The notes: generated from the sequence alone by a model not told the origin. A stretch of 64,000 nucleotides of DNA from Candidatus Borrarchaeum weybense (GCA_019057385.1 JAHQJS010000003.1:1-64000); one strand, 5' to 3'. Positions 48,305-58,828 are shown, counted from the first letter of the stretch. Translations and numbers: made by a program.

Positions 48305-49738
48305 ATGATCCAGACCATCAAATTCAGGATGTATCCTGATGGGATACAAGAACGCAAACTCCATGAGATCTTCACAATCTATAACCGGGTGAAACGCATC
48401 GGTTATAACCTATTGTTTCATGGCGACGATTATATGGCAGCAAGCTTCGGTGAGGACAAAACCATACAACTATGTTTGATGAGTCTGTGTTACAATAACC
48501 CTTATGTCAACACCATCTTGAATGATAACAAGGCGAAACTGGAAGCACAACAAACATGGCTGGAAAAACGACGGAAATACATGAAACAGCAGATAAAGGT
48601 CATTACTAAGAAAATCAACGCAATAAAGGAGAAAAATAAACATGGCAGACGGTTAAAAGGGTTATACGCGCGTAGATCTTCGATAATGGCTAAATTAAAC
48701 AATTTGCACCTTGAACCCGTGGTATTCGGCACTAAGAAATTGTTCAGAGACCGAATTCTTGGAAAAATAAGTAGAGAAGAGTTCAGGATAAGGCGTGATT
48801 CTTCCTTTAGTTGTATCGGAAAGAAACAGCACGGAGTTAAAAACCTGAATATCAAGGTATTGCCTGATAAGACAGTCAAGATACGAACTTTCTCTAAGCA
48901 AAAGGGACGGAAATGGCTTATTATCCATATATCAGTGAATCATGTGCAGGAAAAGTGGTTTCAACAAATTCTTAATGCTGATAAATGCACAGTGACAGTG
49001 AAAAGGAAACTCTTCAAGGGAGAAATACGCTACTTTGTCCATGTGTCGTATGAACTCCCAGAACCCGCACCAAGTTATGGCTACGAACATGGTGCCATCG
49101 GCTTAGATTTCAACTATAATTTTATTGCTCTTACCAATGTGGATAAAAACGGTAATTTACTCTCCTACCATAATATATCATTTGGCAACCTTCACAGCTA
49201 TCGAACAGATAAACGTAACTTGTACATCTCCTACAAGATGGATAAGATCGTCAATTATTGCATTAATAAAGATAAAGGCATCGTGGTTGAGGATTTGCAA
49301 TTCAACCAAGAATTTTCATATAATACAAAACGCAACCGAAAATTAAGCAATATGAAGACCACCGCCTTGCAACTATTAGAGAGAAAGTGTAAAAAGCGCG
49401 GTGTATCCATTCGAAAGGTATTCCCAGGATATACCTCTATCATGGGCAGATATAACTATTCAAGGTTACATAATTTGTCGGTACATCACTTAGCAAGTTG
49501 TGTAATAGCTCGAAGAGGTCTGGGCATTAAGGAAGCATTTCCATCCATTTACGATTGGGTACTTTCACAAGTTGAGGAGTTCATAGAACCTCATTTGAAA
49601 AAGGGTAGTCCTTACCGTAGATGGTCGATGATCCATGACCTTTTTGAGCACAGCGGGATAACCTCCTTCAAGACTGCCGAAATACTTAAAAAAACCGTAT
49701 TAATGAAGCATGTGTTGAACTCGGTGACGAGCGCATAG
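48305..49738 (+). mobile_element. IS200/IS605 accessory TnpB-related protein gene (no TnpA), probably ending at a premature TAG
   Basis: RuvC-I GLDFN, RuvC-II VVEDL, PGYTS.MG, SVH..A..VIARRGLG; frame continues 30 codons past the TAG to TAA 49831. Confidence 0.8.
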
Positions 49739-49908
49739 CCCGATAACCTTAAGGCTGGTCTTTCCTCTCATGGAAAGATTGATGATTATTATAAAGCGTG
49801 GGATTTTATACATAATGACCCCGTTTTATAAATAATTGTAAGGTTTCACAAAATTCTCACTGTGCTCTAATTCTTGGATGTCTACTGTACAAATTTGAGG
49901 AGATAAAT

Positions 49909-50478
49909 TTGCCCAAAAGAAACGTAGTAAGATATTGCGAGATATGTGGAAATGTAATTGAGGGTAGAGGGATTGAAAGATTGATTGAAGGTACGAAAAT
50001 GATCGTTTGCATTAGTTGCGCGCGTTTTGGCGAAGCAACTAAAAGATCTCCTCCAGTCACTGCAGAAACTTCTGTAATCCCTGTACGAAGAAAAAGAAAA
50101 ACTACTACCCGCACACACACTCCTAAAAGCAAGAGAAAAAAAGTTACTATTCCTTCTCCAGAAAAGTTCTTCAGTCGTTATGAAATCGTAGAGGATTACT
50201 CAGCGATTATTCGAAAAGCACGTGAAAAAATGGAATTGACACAAGAAGAACTTGGACAAGAATTAAACGTAAAGGGATCTGTGATTCAAAAACTTGAGAC
50301 TGGTAAAACGAAACCCACAGATCCAAAATCCATTATAAAATTGGAGTCAATTCTGAACATCAAAATCCACAAACCTATTGAGAAAGAAGAGTATACACCC
50401 CCTAAAACGAAAGGGACAGATTTTACTACACTTGGGGAAGTTGTGAAATTTCGCAAAAAGAAGAAGGACGAAGAGTAA
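49909..50478 (+). CDS. mbf1: Archaeal multiprotein bridging factor 1
   Basis: N-terminal Zn ribbon CEICG...C..C.RFG; HTH IRKARE...TQEELG; TLGEV. Confidence 0.9.
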   Translation: MPKRNVVRYCEICGNVIEGRGIERLIEGTKMIVCISCARFGEATKRSPPVTAETSVIPVRRKRKTTTRTHTPKSKRKKVTIPSPEKFFSRYEIVEDYSAIIRKAREKMELTQEELGQELNVKGSVIQKLETGKTKPTDPKSIIKLESILNIKIHKPIEKEEYTPPKTKGTDFTTLGEVVKFRKKKKDEE

Positions 50479-50497
50479 CTAGGAGAATTAGGAAAAT

Positions 50498-51361
50498 ATG
50501 GTATACGAGTCATTCGAATTGACGGATGACCTTAGAGAAGCCTTGCCAGGAAAATTCATTGAACTTTCGGATGGAATTGTCCATTATGAATTAGAAGGAT
50601 CCAGTAGAGACGTTGTTGTTCTGGTGCATGGGTTCTCATCACCGTTTTTCGTGTGGGATCAAAACTTCAAGTTTTTAGTAAAAAAAGGCTTTAAGGTATT
50701 GAGATACGATTTATTCGGTCGAGGCTATTCGGATCGCCCTAAAGTAAAGTATAACATGGATCTTTTCATCCGACAACTCTTCGAATTGGTTAATCAGCTT
50801 GGCTTAACACAACAAAAATTCAGTCTTGTTGGACTTTCAATGGGTGGTGGAATTTGCGTCGTTTTCGCTGATAAATATCCTGAATTAGTGAAAAAAGTAT
50901 CGCTGATAGATCCCATTGGATTTCCTATGGGAAGAAGTGCCTTTTCATCGGTTTTAAAGACACCAGGATTGAAAAAATTGATACTAAGGCGTCTTAATCA
51001 TGAAAAAATGATTGAGAATCAAAAAGGAGACTTCTATCGTTACGATAGGATCAATGAGTATCTGGAAAAATATGCTGAGCAAATGAGATACACTGGCTGG
51101 CTAAGAGCTATTCGATCTACTATTCTAAATCTGCCATTTGGTAATTTGAAAAAGACCTATGAAAGACTTGGAAGCAGGAAATTACCTGTGCAACTTTTTT
51201 GGGGAGAGTTCGATCAAACGATACCGTTTTCCAATAGTCAAAAGATTCGTGATGCAGTACCTGATATAAGGTTTCACCTAATCAAAGAATGCGGACACAT
51301 GCCTCACTATGTCCGCCCTAATGAGGTAAACCCGCTACTACTGAACTTTTTGCAACAGTAA
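50498..51361 (+). CDS. Alpha/beta hydrolase
   Basis: VHGFS, DLFGRGYS, GLSMGG, WGE.D, GH. Confidence 0.9.
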   Translation: MVYESFELTDDLREALPGKFIELSDGIVHYELEGSSRDVVVLVHGFSSPFFVWDQNFKFLVKKGFKVLRYDLFGRGYSDRPKVKYNMDLFIRQLFELVNQLGLTQQKFSLVGLSMGGGICVVFADKYPELVKKVSLIDPIGFPMGRSAFSSVLKTPGLKKLILRRLNHEKMIENQKGDFYRYDRINEYLEKYAEQMRYTGWLRAIRSTILNLPFGNLKKTYERLGSRKLPVQLFWGEFDQTIPFSNSQKIRDAVPDIRFHLIKECGHMPHYVRPNEVNPLLLNFLQQ

Positions 51362-51486
51362 GAAATCATTGAAGATATTAGTTGCGTGAAAGAAAGGTAA
51401 GTTTAATGCAATTTATTTTTCTCAAAAATATCGGGATTTCATCGTTTTCAGTTAAAACAAATCTATAGTCAAATAAAAAAATCGAT

Positions 51487-52776
51487 CTAAAATTCGTTTT
51501 GGGTAACAAAAGATCCATTAAGGTTGTTTACATACTTTTTTGCTCTAGTTATTACCTGAGATGACGCTTCAATTTCAAATGAGATCTCCGAGTTCATATT
51601 CTGTTGATCAAGGACATATGTCTGATCATAGAGCCATGAAATAAAACTCATGACTTTACCGTTTGAAGGAACAGTAATATATGCACGTTTAGTAGGAATA
51701 AAATCCATAATAGTTTCTCTTATTCTATTTAGATTGATTTTTTGAAGTGCTGAAATAGGTATACAAATTTTATCTCTGAAGAGTTGCATTTTTTCTTCGA
51801 TTTCAAATTCATCACAACGATCTATTTTGTTTGCAACAACAAAATAGGAATTCATGTTAACAGTTATTTCTTTTAGTGTTTGTAGACAAACTGTGTACTT
51901 TCGTATTATTTCATCTTTTGTATCACTAAGATCTACTAAAATAGCAATTACGTCTGATAAGTTTATCTCCTCTAATGTACTATGGAAGGCGCGGATCATA
52001 TCATGAGAAAGGCCGTCCACAAGTCCTACAGTATCTGTTATTAGAATCTTACAACCTCTAATATTTAGAAGTCTAGTAAACGTATTCAATGTTGTGAACA
52101 GTTTGTTTGCTACAGGAACAGAACTCTCAGTTAATGCATTGAGTAATGAACTTTTACCACTATTTGTATAACCCATCAATGCAACAAGTGAGAAGTCTAA
52201 TCTTTTTCTTCTTTTTCTACTGATTGTTCTTCTTTTCCTATATTGTTCTAATTCATTTTCTATTCTCTTGATCTTTCTTTTAGTGCTTTCAAAATGTTTT
52301 TCAACAGCATATTGACCAGGTCCATGAAATCCTGGTAATTCAGTCTTCTTAGAAAGACTGACATATTCCTTTAAACGTGGAAGCGCATACTTAAGACTCG
52401 CAAGTTCAATTTGCAGTTTTGCTTCCTTAGATCCTGCTCTCAGGGCGAATATTTCAAGTATTAGTTCAGTTTTACTGATAACTTCACAGTTAAGTCGCTT
52501 CTGAAGATTATAAATCTGAATAGGTTTTAATTCGTTCTCAAAAATAACTTTGGTAGGCATAATTTGATTTACAAGTTCCTCTAATTCCTTAACCTTTCCT
52601 TTTCCGATTTGAAATGCAGAATTTGGTTCTCCAATTTGCTCTAATACATCAATAACTGTGTATCCAGCGTCTAAAGCAAGTCTATTGAGTTCTGCAATTC
52701 TCGATCTTTCTCCTCTATGTCTTCGCTCTACTAAAATCGCTGTAGCGGTATATGGTTCACTCATATCTGATATCAC
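51487..52776 (-). CDS. hflX: GTPase HflX
   Basis: IG.GKV.EL, EAKLQIELA, GYTNSGKSS, FTTL, DTVG, NKID. Confidence 0.92.
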   Translation of the reverse strand: MISDMSEPYTATAILVERRHRGERSRIAELNRLALDAGYTVIDVLEQIGEPNSAFQIGKGKVKELEELVNQIMPTKVIFENELKPIQIYNLQKRLNCEVISKTELILEIFALRAGSKEAKLQIELASLKYALPRLKEYVSLSKKTELPGFHGPGQYAVEKHFESTKRKIKRIENELEQYRKRRTISRKRRKRLDFSLVALMGYTNSGKSSLLNALTESSVPVANKLFTTLNTFTRLLNIRGCKILITDTVGLVDGLSHDMIRAFHSTLEEINLSDVIAILVDLSDTKDEIIRKYTVCLQTLKEITVNMNSYFVVANKIDRCDEFEIEEKMQLFRDKICIPISALQKINLNRIRETIMDFIPTKRAYITVPSNGKVMSFISWLYDQTYVLDQQNMNSEISFEIEASSQVITRAKKYVNNLNGSFVTQNEF

Positions 52777-52949
52777 TTACTTCAAGTAAATAATTTAATG
52801 CAAAAAATTTGATCTGTCCATTTTAAATGTCATTTTAGGCTTTAATTAAACTTCGATATGGTATAAAAAACTAGATTTCTCTTAATATGACTTAGAAACC
52901 ATATTTGAAAACAATACAAGTCACAATTGAAGTGTAAATTGTGAGTTGA

Positions 52950-53507
52950 ATGTCTGATTATACCCCTCTTAAAAAGATAAATGCCCTTATACAAGGACCT
53001 CCCAGGACTGGAAAGAGTACATTAGTCGCTAAGCTTTGTTCTATGTTAGAAACAAAGGGATACAATATAGGAGGCATTCAAACCCCAGAGATTAGAGAAA
53101 AAAATAGACGAGTTGGTTTTTGGGTAGTTGATCTTCATACTGAAAAAAAGGAGATTTTAGCCCACGTTGAAATTAAAAGTAGATTTAGAGTAAGTAAATA
53201 TGGTGTGGATCTTAACTCTTTCAATGAACTTGCTATCACTGCGATCAAATCTGCTATTGAAAATTATGATATAGTTGTAATTGATGAGATTGGTAAAATG
53301 GAACTATTTTCTGAAAAATTTCAAGACGTCGTGATAAGAGGATTAAATTCGAGTAAACCAGTCATCGGCACGATGGGCAAGATTAATCATCCTTTTGTGC
53401 GATTATTAAAGTCTAGATCCGACGTAAATGTATTAACAATTGATAGAGGGAACATGGAAGATACTTATCAAGAAATATGTAGGCTTCTCGGTCTAAGAAC
53501 TATTTAA
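52950..53507 (+). CDS. Nucleoside-triphosphatase (THEP1 family)
   Basis: GPPRTGKST, T.EIRE...RVGF, VIDEIGKMEL. Confidence 0.9.
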   Translation: MSDYTPLKKINALIQGPPRTGKSTLVAKLCSMLETKGYNIGGIQTPEIREKNRRVGFWVVDLHTEKKEILAHVEIKSRFRVSKYGVDLNSFNELAITAIKSAIENYDIVVIDEIGKMELFSEKFQDVVIRGLNSSKPVIGTMGKINHPFVRLLKSRSDVNVLTIDRGNMEDTYQEICRLLGLRTI

Positions 53508-53581
53508 TCAGTTTGCTCAAAGATAGATATTTATAAAAGAATTTAATCAGTTTATACAAAACTTGATAGTTTGCCCAGAAG

Positions 53582-53830
53582 GTCAACTACCCCACCCTAA
53601 AGGGTAGAGGCTTGTGAAAATCAAGCCTCTTAGTTGATTAGAGGGCTTCCGTTTATTAGGGGAAGCAGCAGTTGTTTAGGTTATGACACCCTGGGGTGTT
53701 CCACTAGCCCCTTGCTCTGTCGTCCGCTGATTATAAGTCCTGAGGGGTAGGGACGGTGTCACGGGCATGAAAGCCTTTACAACAGCCTCGAAGTGGACCA
53801 ACCTACTTTAAAGCAATTTAAAGGAGACGA
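53582..53830 (+). ncRNA. IscB omegaRNA scaffold (HEARO-like); 3' boundary approximate
   Basis: gtcaactac...tagttgattagagggc...gcagcag...acaccctggggtgttccactagcccc..gctctgt...cctcgaagtgga pattern immediately upstream of iscB. Confidence 0.8.
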
Positions 53831-53836
53831 TAGGTC

Positions 53837-55039
53837 TTGAGAGTACCTATCTACGTGTTAAACATGAGAGGGCAACCGCTTATGCCAACCACTCAAAAAA
53901 AAGGAAAAAAATTATTAAGAGAGGGTAAGGCAAAGGTTGTAAAACGATGTCCTTTTACTATTCAATTAACCTATGCAACTGGAGAGGCAAGACAGCCTAT
54001 TAAACTAGGAGTGGACATAGGATATACGAACATTGGCTTTAGTGCAACAACAAAAAGGTTAGAGGTTATAAGCGGAACTTTAACACTTCGCAAAGACATT
54101 TCCAAAAAGATAGATGAACGACGAAGGTATCGTAGAACTCGTAGAGGCAGATTGTGGTATAGAAAACCGCGTTTTTTTAATAGGAAAAAGGACGAAGGAT
54201 GGATAGCCCATAGTACTCATCACAGGTTAGCTTCTCATCTTAGCCTAGTTAAAAAACTTAAGTCTTTACTGCCGATAACCTTCAAAAGAATCGAGGTCAG
54301 CAATTTAGATACACAAAAAATGCAGAATCCTGAAATTACAGGAATGGAATATCAACAGGGCGAACTTCAGGGCTACGAAGTTAAAGAATACCTTTTAGAG
54401 AAATGGGGGCGTACATGTGCCTATTGTGGCAGATCAGGCGTTCCCTTAGAAGTAGAGCATATTATCCCTTCTAGTAGAGGTGGAACAGATCGCGTGTCGA
54501 ATTTGACGATCTCATGTAGAGCCTGCAATGTAAAGAAGGGAGATCAGACTGCCGAGGAGTTTGGATACCCTGTCATCCAGCAACAGGCAAAGCAGCCTCT
54601 TAAAGCAGCTGCATGTCTGAACAACATTCGTTGGAGGATAGTGGAGCAGTTAGGAGCAGAACATACTTACGGATACATTACCAAATACCAGCGTAACAAG
54701 TTAGATCTGGAAAAGTCTCATGTTAATGACGCGTTCGTAATCTCAAGCGGCACCAATCAAGAACGATGTCGTCCTTATCAAGTAATTCAAGTTAAGAGGA
54801 GAAACCGTTCCTTACAATTGAACCGTAAAGGCTTCAAACCGTCAATTAGGAGACAACGATACCATTTACAACCCCACGATCTAGTAAAATTTGATGGTAG
54901 CACTTATAAAGTAAAGGGAGTCCATTGTTATGGAACACGGGTTATATTAAAAAATGTGAAGGGACAAGACAAGAGTGTAGTGATCACCAAAGTGGAATTA
55001 GTTAAATACGGAAAAGGATTATTATTCAACTTATGTTAG
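53837..55039 (+). CDS. iscB: RNA-guided endonuclease IscB (intact)
   Basis: PLMP, RuvC-I GVDIG, bridge helix RRRYRRTRR, RuvC-II IE, HNH CAYCG..EHIIP..RGG...SNL...C..CN, RuvC-III SHVNDA. Confidence 0.95.
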   Translation: MRVPIYVLNMRGQPLMPTTQKKGKKLLREGKAKVVKRCPFTIQLTYATGEARQPIKLGVDIGYTNIGFSATTKRLEVISGTLTLRKDISKKIDERRRYRRTRRGRLWYRKPRFFNRKKDEGWIAHSTHHRLASHLSLVKKLKSLLPITFKRIEVSNLDTQKMQNPEITGMEYQQGELQGYEVKEYLLEKWGRTCAYCGRSGVPLEVEHIIPSSRGGTDRVSNLTISCRACNVKKGDQTAEEFGYPVIQQQAKQPLKAAACLNNIRWRIVEQLGAEHTYGYITKYQRNKLDLEKSHVNDAFVISSGTNQERCRPYQVIQVKRRNRSLQLNRKGFKPSIRRQRYHLQPHDLVKFDGSTYKVKGVHCYGTRVILKNVKGQDKSVVITKVELVKYGKGLLFNLC

Positions 55040-55097
55040 GCTAAACGCCTCTTTCCTGCCCATCCTAATAGGGAAAGAGCTTACAAAAGCGGGAGTA

Positions 55098-56081
55098 GTG
55101 AACTTAATGTTCGGCAATCGCTCTGAGCTCGCTCAATACGTGCAAAAACTGTTTGTTCAAAAAAAGTTTGCTATCAGTGGACAGTGTAATCTTAAATCTG
55201 CCTGTTTTGATTTTTTTGCCCGAAAGGATGTAATATTATGGCTTATTAAAGTGTTAATCAATATCGACAGTCTACAACAGTATCATGCAGATGAATTGAA
55301 ACTTCTGGGTAACTTATTTTCAGGAACACCTTTACTTGTTGGAGAAAAAACGCACAGAGAACTATTAGAAGATGGTGTGGTGTACAATAGATATTCAGTT
55401 CCTGCAGTGAACCCACCTACCTTAGCGTCTATTCTATTTCATGAATTCTTTCCAAAAGTATTTGCAAAACGTGGTGGCCTTTATGCTAGAATTCTTGGAG
55501 AAACCTTAAGAGAAAGAAGAGAAGAAGAGAATTTATCACGGGCTCAACTTGCAGAAAAAGTTGGTGTTTCAGAACGCTGCATTTACGAGTATGAACGTGG
55601 AACAATGGATGCTAGTAAAGAAAACCTTCTGCGACTAGAAAAAATTCTTGATACCGACTTAAGTTTACCAATTGATCTTTTAGAGTATGATTTCGGCAAT
55701 ATAAAACAACATACTCCAGCAAAGATTGATGATTTTGAACAAAATATCCAAGAAAAATTACTAGAAATAGGTTTTGATGTTTTCTGGACGGAATGTACGC
55801 CATTTAACGCTATCACAAAAGAAAAAGAAACAGAAAATGAGACTCAAAAGTTAATTATTGCTGGTGTAGGACATAAATCCGAAAAAAACATCAAAAAGAG
55901 AGTTCAAATAACAGGAAGCATTTCTGATATCACGAGAAAAATTGCAATGTTTGTGTTGGAGGGGTCATCAACCAAAAATATCGAAGGCGTACCAATTATG
56001 AGACTCAAAGAATTATCAAAATTTGAGACTCCAAATGAATTAAAAAGAACGATTAAGAAGCGTAAGGGTAGTTCTAGTTAG
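55098..56081 (+). CDS. Archaeal HTH (XRE) transcriptional regulator with N-terminal REase-like domain (start GTG 55098 or ATG 55107)
   Basis: FDFFAR, LIKVLINID, LEDGVVY.RY, RGGLYA, LRERRE...SR..LA..VGVS...IYEYE. Confidence 0.85.
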   Translation: MNLMFGNRSELAQYVQKLFVQKKFAISGQCNLKSACFDFFARKDVILWLIKVLINIDSLQQYHADELKLLGNLFSGTPLLVGEKTHRELLEDGVVYNRYSVPAVNPPTLASILFHEFFPKVFAKRGGLYARILGETLRERREEENLSRAQLAEKVGVSERCIYEYERGTMDASKENLLRLEKILDTDLSLPIDLLEYDFGNIKQHTPAKIDDFEQNIQEKLLEIGFDVFWTECTPFNAITKEKETENETQKLIIAGVGHKSEKNIKKRVQITGSISDITRKIAMFVLEGSSTKNIEGVPIMRLKELSKFETPNELKRTIKKRKGSSS

Positions 56082-56761
56082 CGTTCTCCTCGAACATCAA
56101 AAAATTGTGTAATTTTTGCATTTTTTTGCAAATCTCTCATCTTAACAAATGTGTGCCAGCTTTTTCGTACGAAAAAAGGAATATTTCTATTTTTTATCCA
56201 ATCTTTCAAGGAACTTATAGTTTGTGGGTCAGAAGGATATCCGCTTCCTATATCCTGAAACTTAGATTCCTTTCTCAGTGCTTCTATAGCGCGGTCTCTT
56301 GTTACTTTAGCAATAATTGATGCGGCAGCTACCATTGGGTACAATTCATCAGCTTTGTTCTCAGCAATTATTGTAGTGTTTTTGTAAACGAGATGTTGTT
56401 TTAACATCTCCGTGAATTTCTTAGGGTTAGATGTGATAGCATCAATATATACCATTGAAGGTTTTAGAGCGTCAATTATCTCGCCCATTTTTTGTATTTC
56501 GAGCAGATTTAAGTTCGATTTAATATCGAAAACTGAATCATCTATCTCCCGAGGTTCGACCTCTATAATCTTGCATTCTTTACACAAATTCATGATTTCA
56601 GGAAACAATGCTTCTCTTTTCTTAGGCGTCAGTTTTTTTGAGTCTTTTACACCTATATTGATAAGTTCATTTATGTCAGTTTTTTTAAAAGATACTCCAG
56701 CAATAACTAAATTCCCTAGAACCGCCCCTCTACCAGCCTCATCAATTCCAAGGATTTTCAC
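56078..56761 (-). CDS. rnhB: Ribonuclease HII
   Basis: GIDEAGRG, VKDSKKL, AASIIAKV.RD, GSGYPSDP, PIP-like ITQFF; start refined to GTG 56761. Confidence 0.95.
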   Translation of the reverse strand: MKILGIDEAGRGAVLGNLVIAGVSFKKTDINELINIGVKDSKKLTPKKREALFPEIMNLCKECKIIEVEPREIDDSVFDIKSNLNLLEIQKMGEIIDALKPSMVYIDAITSNPKKFTEMLKQHLVYKNTTIIAENKADELYPMVAAASIIAKVTRDRAIEALRKESKFQDIGSGYPSDPQTISSLKDWIKNRNIPFFVRKSWHTFVKMRDLQKNAKITQFFDVRGER

Positions 56762-56837
56762 TGGACCATCTTGAGGAAGAGTACTAAGAGGCGTATTGAG
56801 GTGAAAGTGAGAACTTTTACCTGTAATACACTTTGAG

Positions 56838-57299
56838 TTAGATGGTGCTAGCGCCGGCGCTAAATCCGATCGTAAAAAGTGTTTTAAATTTTTTCCTAAA
56901 CGCACGCAAATCCGCCCAATAGAAATACTTTGGAAGATCAAGATTAAATATTTTATACTGATTGATGGGATCGTCAATTAAGTCAATGAGTTTTCGAGCT
57001 ACTAAATTTTCAAGTTTTCCTCCATTAAGAACAAAAATAGATTTCCCGAGATCAGTACGACGAATAAAAAGAAATGGCAACCTCAGCTGAGAATGAAACT
57101 CTTCTGGTAATTGTGATTTTAATTCTGCTAACTCATTTTTGTTAAAGATGAATTTCGTCCCATCTTTCGTCAAAACAGAGGGTTTGTCTTCTTTTAAAAG
57201 TGTATCAAGAGTCTTAAATTGTCGTGGTAGATGATTATTTATTTTTGCGATGTCTAATTTGAATAAAATATCTATGGACTTCTTGGGAGTTGATTTCAC
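56838..57299 (-). CDS. DUF61/UPF0216 family protein
   Basis: INNHLP...TL..LL.E..P...TKDG....F...EL..L......LRLP. Confidence 0.75.
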   Translation of the reverse strand: MKSTPKKSIDILFKLDIAKINNHLPRQFKTLDTLLKEDKPSVLTKDGTKFIFNKNELAELKSQLPEEFHSQLRLPFLFIRRTDLGKSIFVLNGGKLENLVARKLIDLIDDPINQYKIFNLDLPKYFYWADLRAFRKKFKTLFTIGFSAGASTI

Positions 57300-57400
57300 C
57301 TTTTGTCACTGCCTTGACATAGAAAATTAAGACTCGTATTAAAATAAATAAGATGTTAATTAAACAAATTTAAGGAAAGAATAGTTATTTTTATTAAAAA

Positions 57401-57562
57401 TTAACGTGCCTGACCAACTTCGCGCCCTTTTACATATCGTTTAAGATAATTTTTCTTATTTCGCATTCTCGGTATTGCTGAATGTCTCTCTTTACCCTTA
57501 ACCTTTGGTGTCTGGGAGCGAACCTTACCTGCTTTGGTCAATGAACCATGTGAACCTGGCAT
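57401..57562 (-). CDS. rps30e: Ribosomal protein eS30
   Basis: Missed by the ORF track: [21 protein letters not shown]... 53 aa, GAGGTGA SD. Confidence 0.95.
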   Translation of the reverse strand: MPGSHGSLTKAGKVRSQTPKVKGKERHSAIPRMRNKKNYLKRYVKGREVGQAR

Positions 57563-57690
57563 TTCTTATTCACCTCACTACTCAATCTGTACGTGAGATT
57601 TATAAATTTATGCTTACTGCTTACCACGGTTGTTGAGGAAATACTTCGCAAGTTTCCATTTTCTTGCGTTCTAAGAAAGGAGGTTTTTTA

Positions 57691-57843
57691 ATGGAAGTTA
57701 AATTACAAGTAAACGATGACGTAATAAAACTTCATCCGTTTGTTAAAGCAGTCTTTCGTAGTGTCGTATTTAGTCTTATTAACGAGTTAAGGGATATACC
57801 TGAAACCATTCGAGAAGTGCAACTATCTATAAAAGCAGACTAG
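57691..57843 (+). CDS. Small protein resembling the C-terminal domain of archaeal MobB
   Basis: AAGGAGGT SD; MEVKLQVNDDVIKLHPFVKAVFRSVVFSLINELRDIPETIREVQLSIKAD*. Confidence 0.65.
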   Translation: MEVKLQVNDDVIKLHPFVKAVFRSVVFSLINELRDIPETIREVQLSIKAD

Positions 57844-57898
57844 ATGCATTTCACAATATTTGCACTTGTATTTTCTAAAATACATTCTTGTCCATGCA

Positions 57899-58828
57899 TT
57901 AGATAAGTTTCTTGAGGAGTTCATTATAGGCTTCCTGATATAATGGTGTTTCCACTCCTAATTCCTTGCCAGTTTTTACAATATAACCAGCAAATGTCTC
58001 AATTTCTGTTGTTTTTCTTCCACTTTCGAAATCTCTTTGCATCGAAGTTTTTGTCTCATATGGAAAGCCGGACGCCTTCTCCAAGGACAATGGAATGATA
58101 TCCTCCGGTAAAAATATTCCTCTCTTTTTGGCAATTAAATTAACTTCTTCCATAAGCCCTTTCAACATTTGCTTGTTATTTTCATTTTCAATAATTGCAC
58201 CAAGAGGTTTTCGTAACAATGAGTCGATTGTTGCCAGCGGACCAATAAAAATGTACTTAGTCCAAACTTGGACTGAGATGTCGGCAGTTAACTCTGCCCT
58301 TATATCGGCATTCCTTAATATTTCCTCAATATACCGATATTTTTCGGGATCGTTGTTTTCAGGTCCAAATATCAATTTTCGGGGACCACCAATTTGTCTT
58401 ATGACACCAGGCGCCTGAATGGTAGAACTAATGTATACGCATCCATTCAGCACCGTGCTCCTTGTTAGTATAGTTCTTAATCTATCTGTGTTATCGACTC
58501 CATTGAGGATGGTAATAGCTACAGTTTTTTCGTGGATATTGTCTATTAGTTGTTGTGCTGCAGATTCAAGATCATAAGTCTTTACACAGAAGAGCACAAG
58601 ATCTACTAATCCTAGATCTTTTGGATCATCTGTTGCAGTAGTAGGTATCGCTGTAAATTCCCCCTCTTCCTGAGTTATCACTTTGAGTCCATTTTTCCTG
58701 ATTTCGGCTAAATGTTCGCCACGAGCTACGAAAAAAATATCATGTTCACCTGTGCTGCCATATTTCTGTGCTAGCTTCCCTCCATAATATCCTCCCACTC
58801 CTCCTATACCAATAATCGCTATCTTCAT
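57899..58828 (-). CDS. panE: 2-dehydropantoate 2-reductase
   Basis: GIGGVGGYYG, CVKTYD, NG, W.KY, SMQRD...G..TE. Confidence 0.9.
   Translation of the reverse strand: MKIAIIGIGGVGGYYGGKLAQKYGSTGEHDIFFVARGEHLAEIRKNGLKVITQEEGEFTAIPTTATDDPKDLGLVDLVLFCVKTYDLESAAQQLIDNIHEKTVAITILNGVDNTDRLRTILTRSTVLNGCVYISSTIQAPGVIRQIGGPRKLIFGPENNDPEKYRYIEEILRNADIRAELTADISVQVWTKYIFIGPLATIDSLLRKPLGAIIENENNKQMLKGLMEEVNLIAKKRGIFLPEDIIPLSLEKASGFPYETKTSMQRDFESGRKTTEIETFAGYIVKTGKELGVETPLYQEAYNELLKKLI

Larger units (their letters stand above)
53582..55097 (+). mobile_element. Non-autonomous IS200/IS605 IscB element
   Basis: Begins GTCAACTACCCC hairpin end; omegaRNA; iscB; terminal hairpin ctctttcc...ggaaagag; no tnpA. 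Confidence 0.85.

Noticed and set aside
36655-49738. Genome-wide amber (TAG) reassignment suggested by tfe and the TnpB-related gene
   Set aside because: Many genes (pan with its HbYX end, cutA, iscB, hflX) end at TAG exactly where expected, and there are no pyl genes in the window.
56762-56977. N-terminal extension on RNase HII in the ORF track
   Set aside because: It overlaps the DUF61 gene in another frame; the conserved domain starts at GTG 56761.
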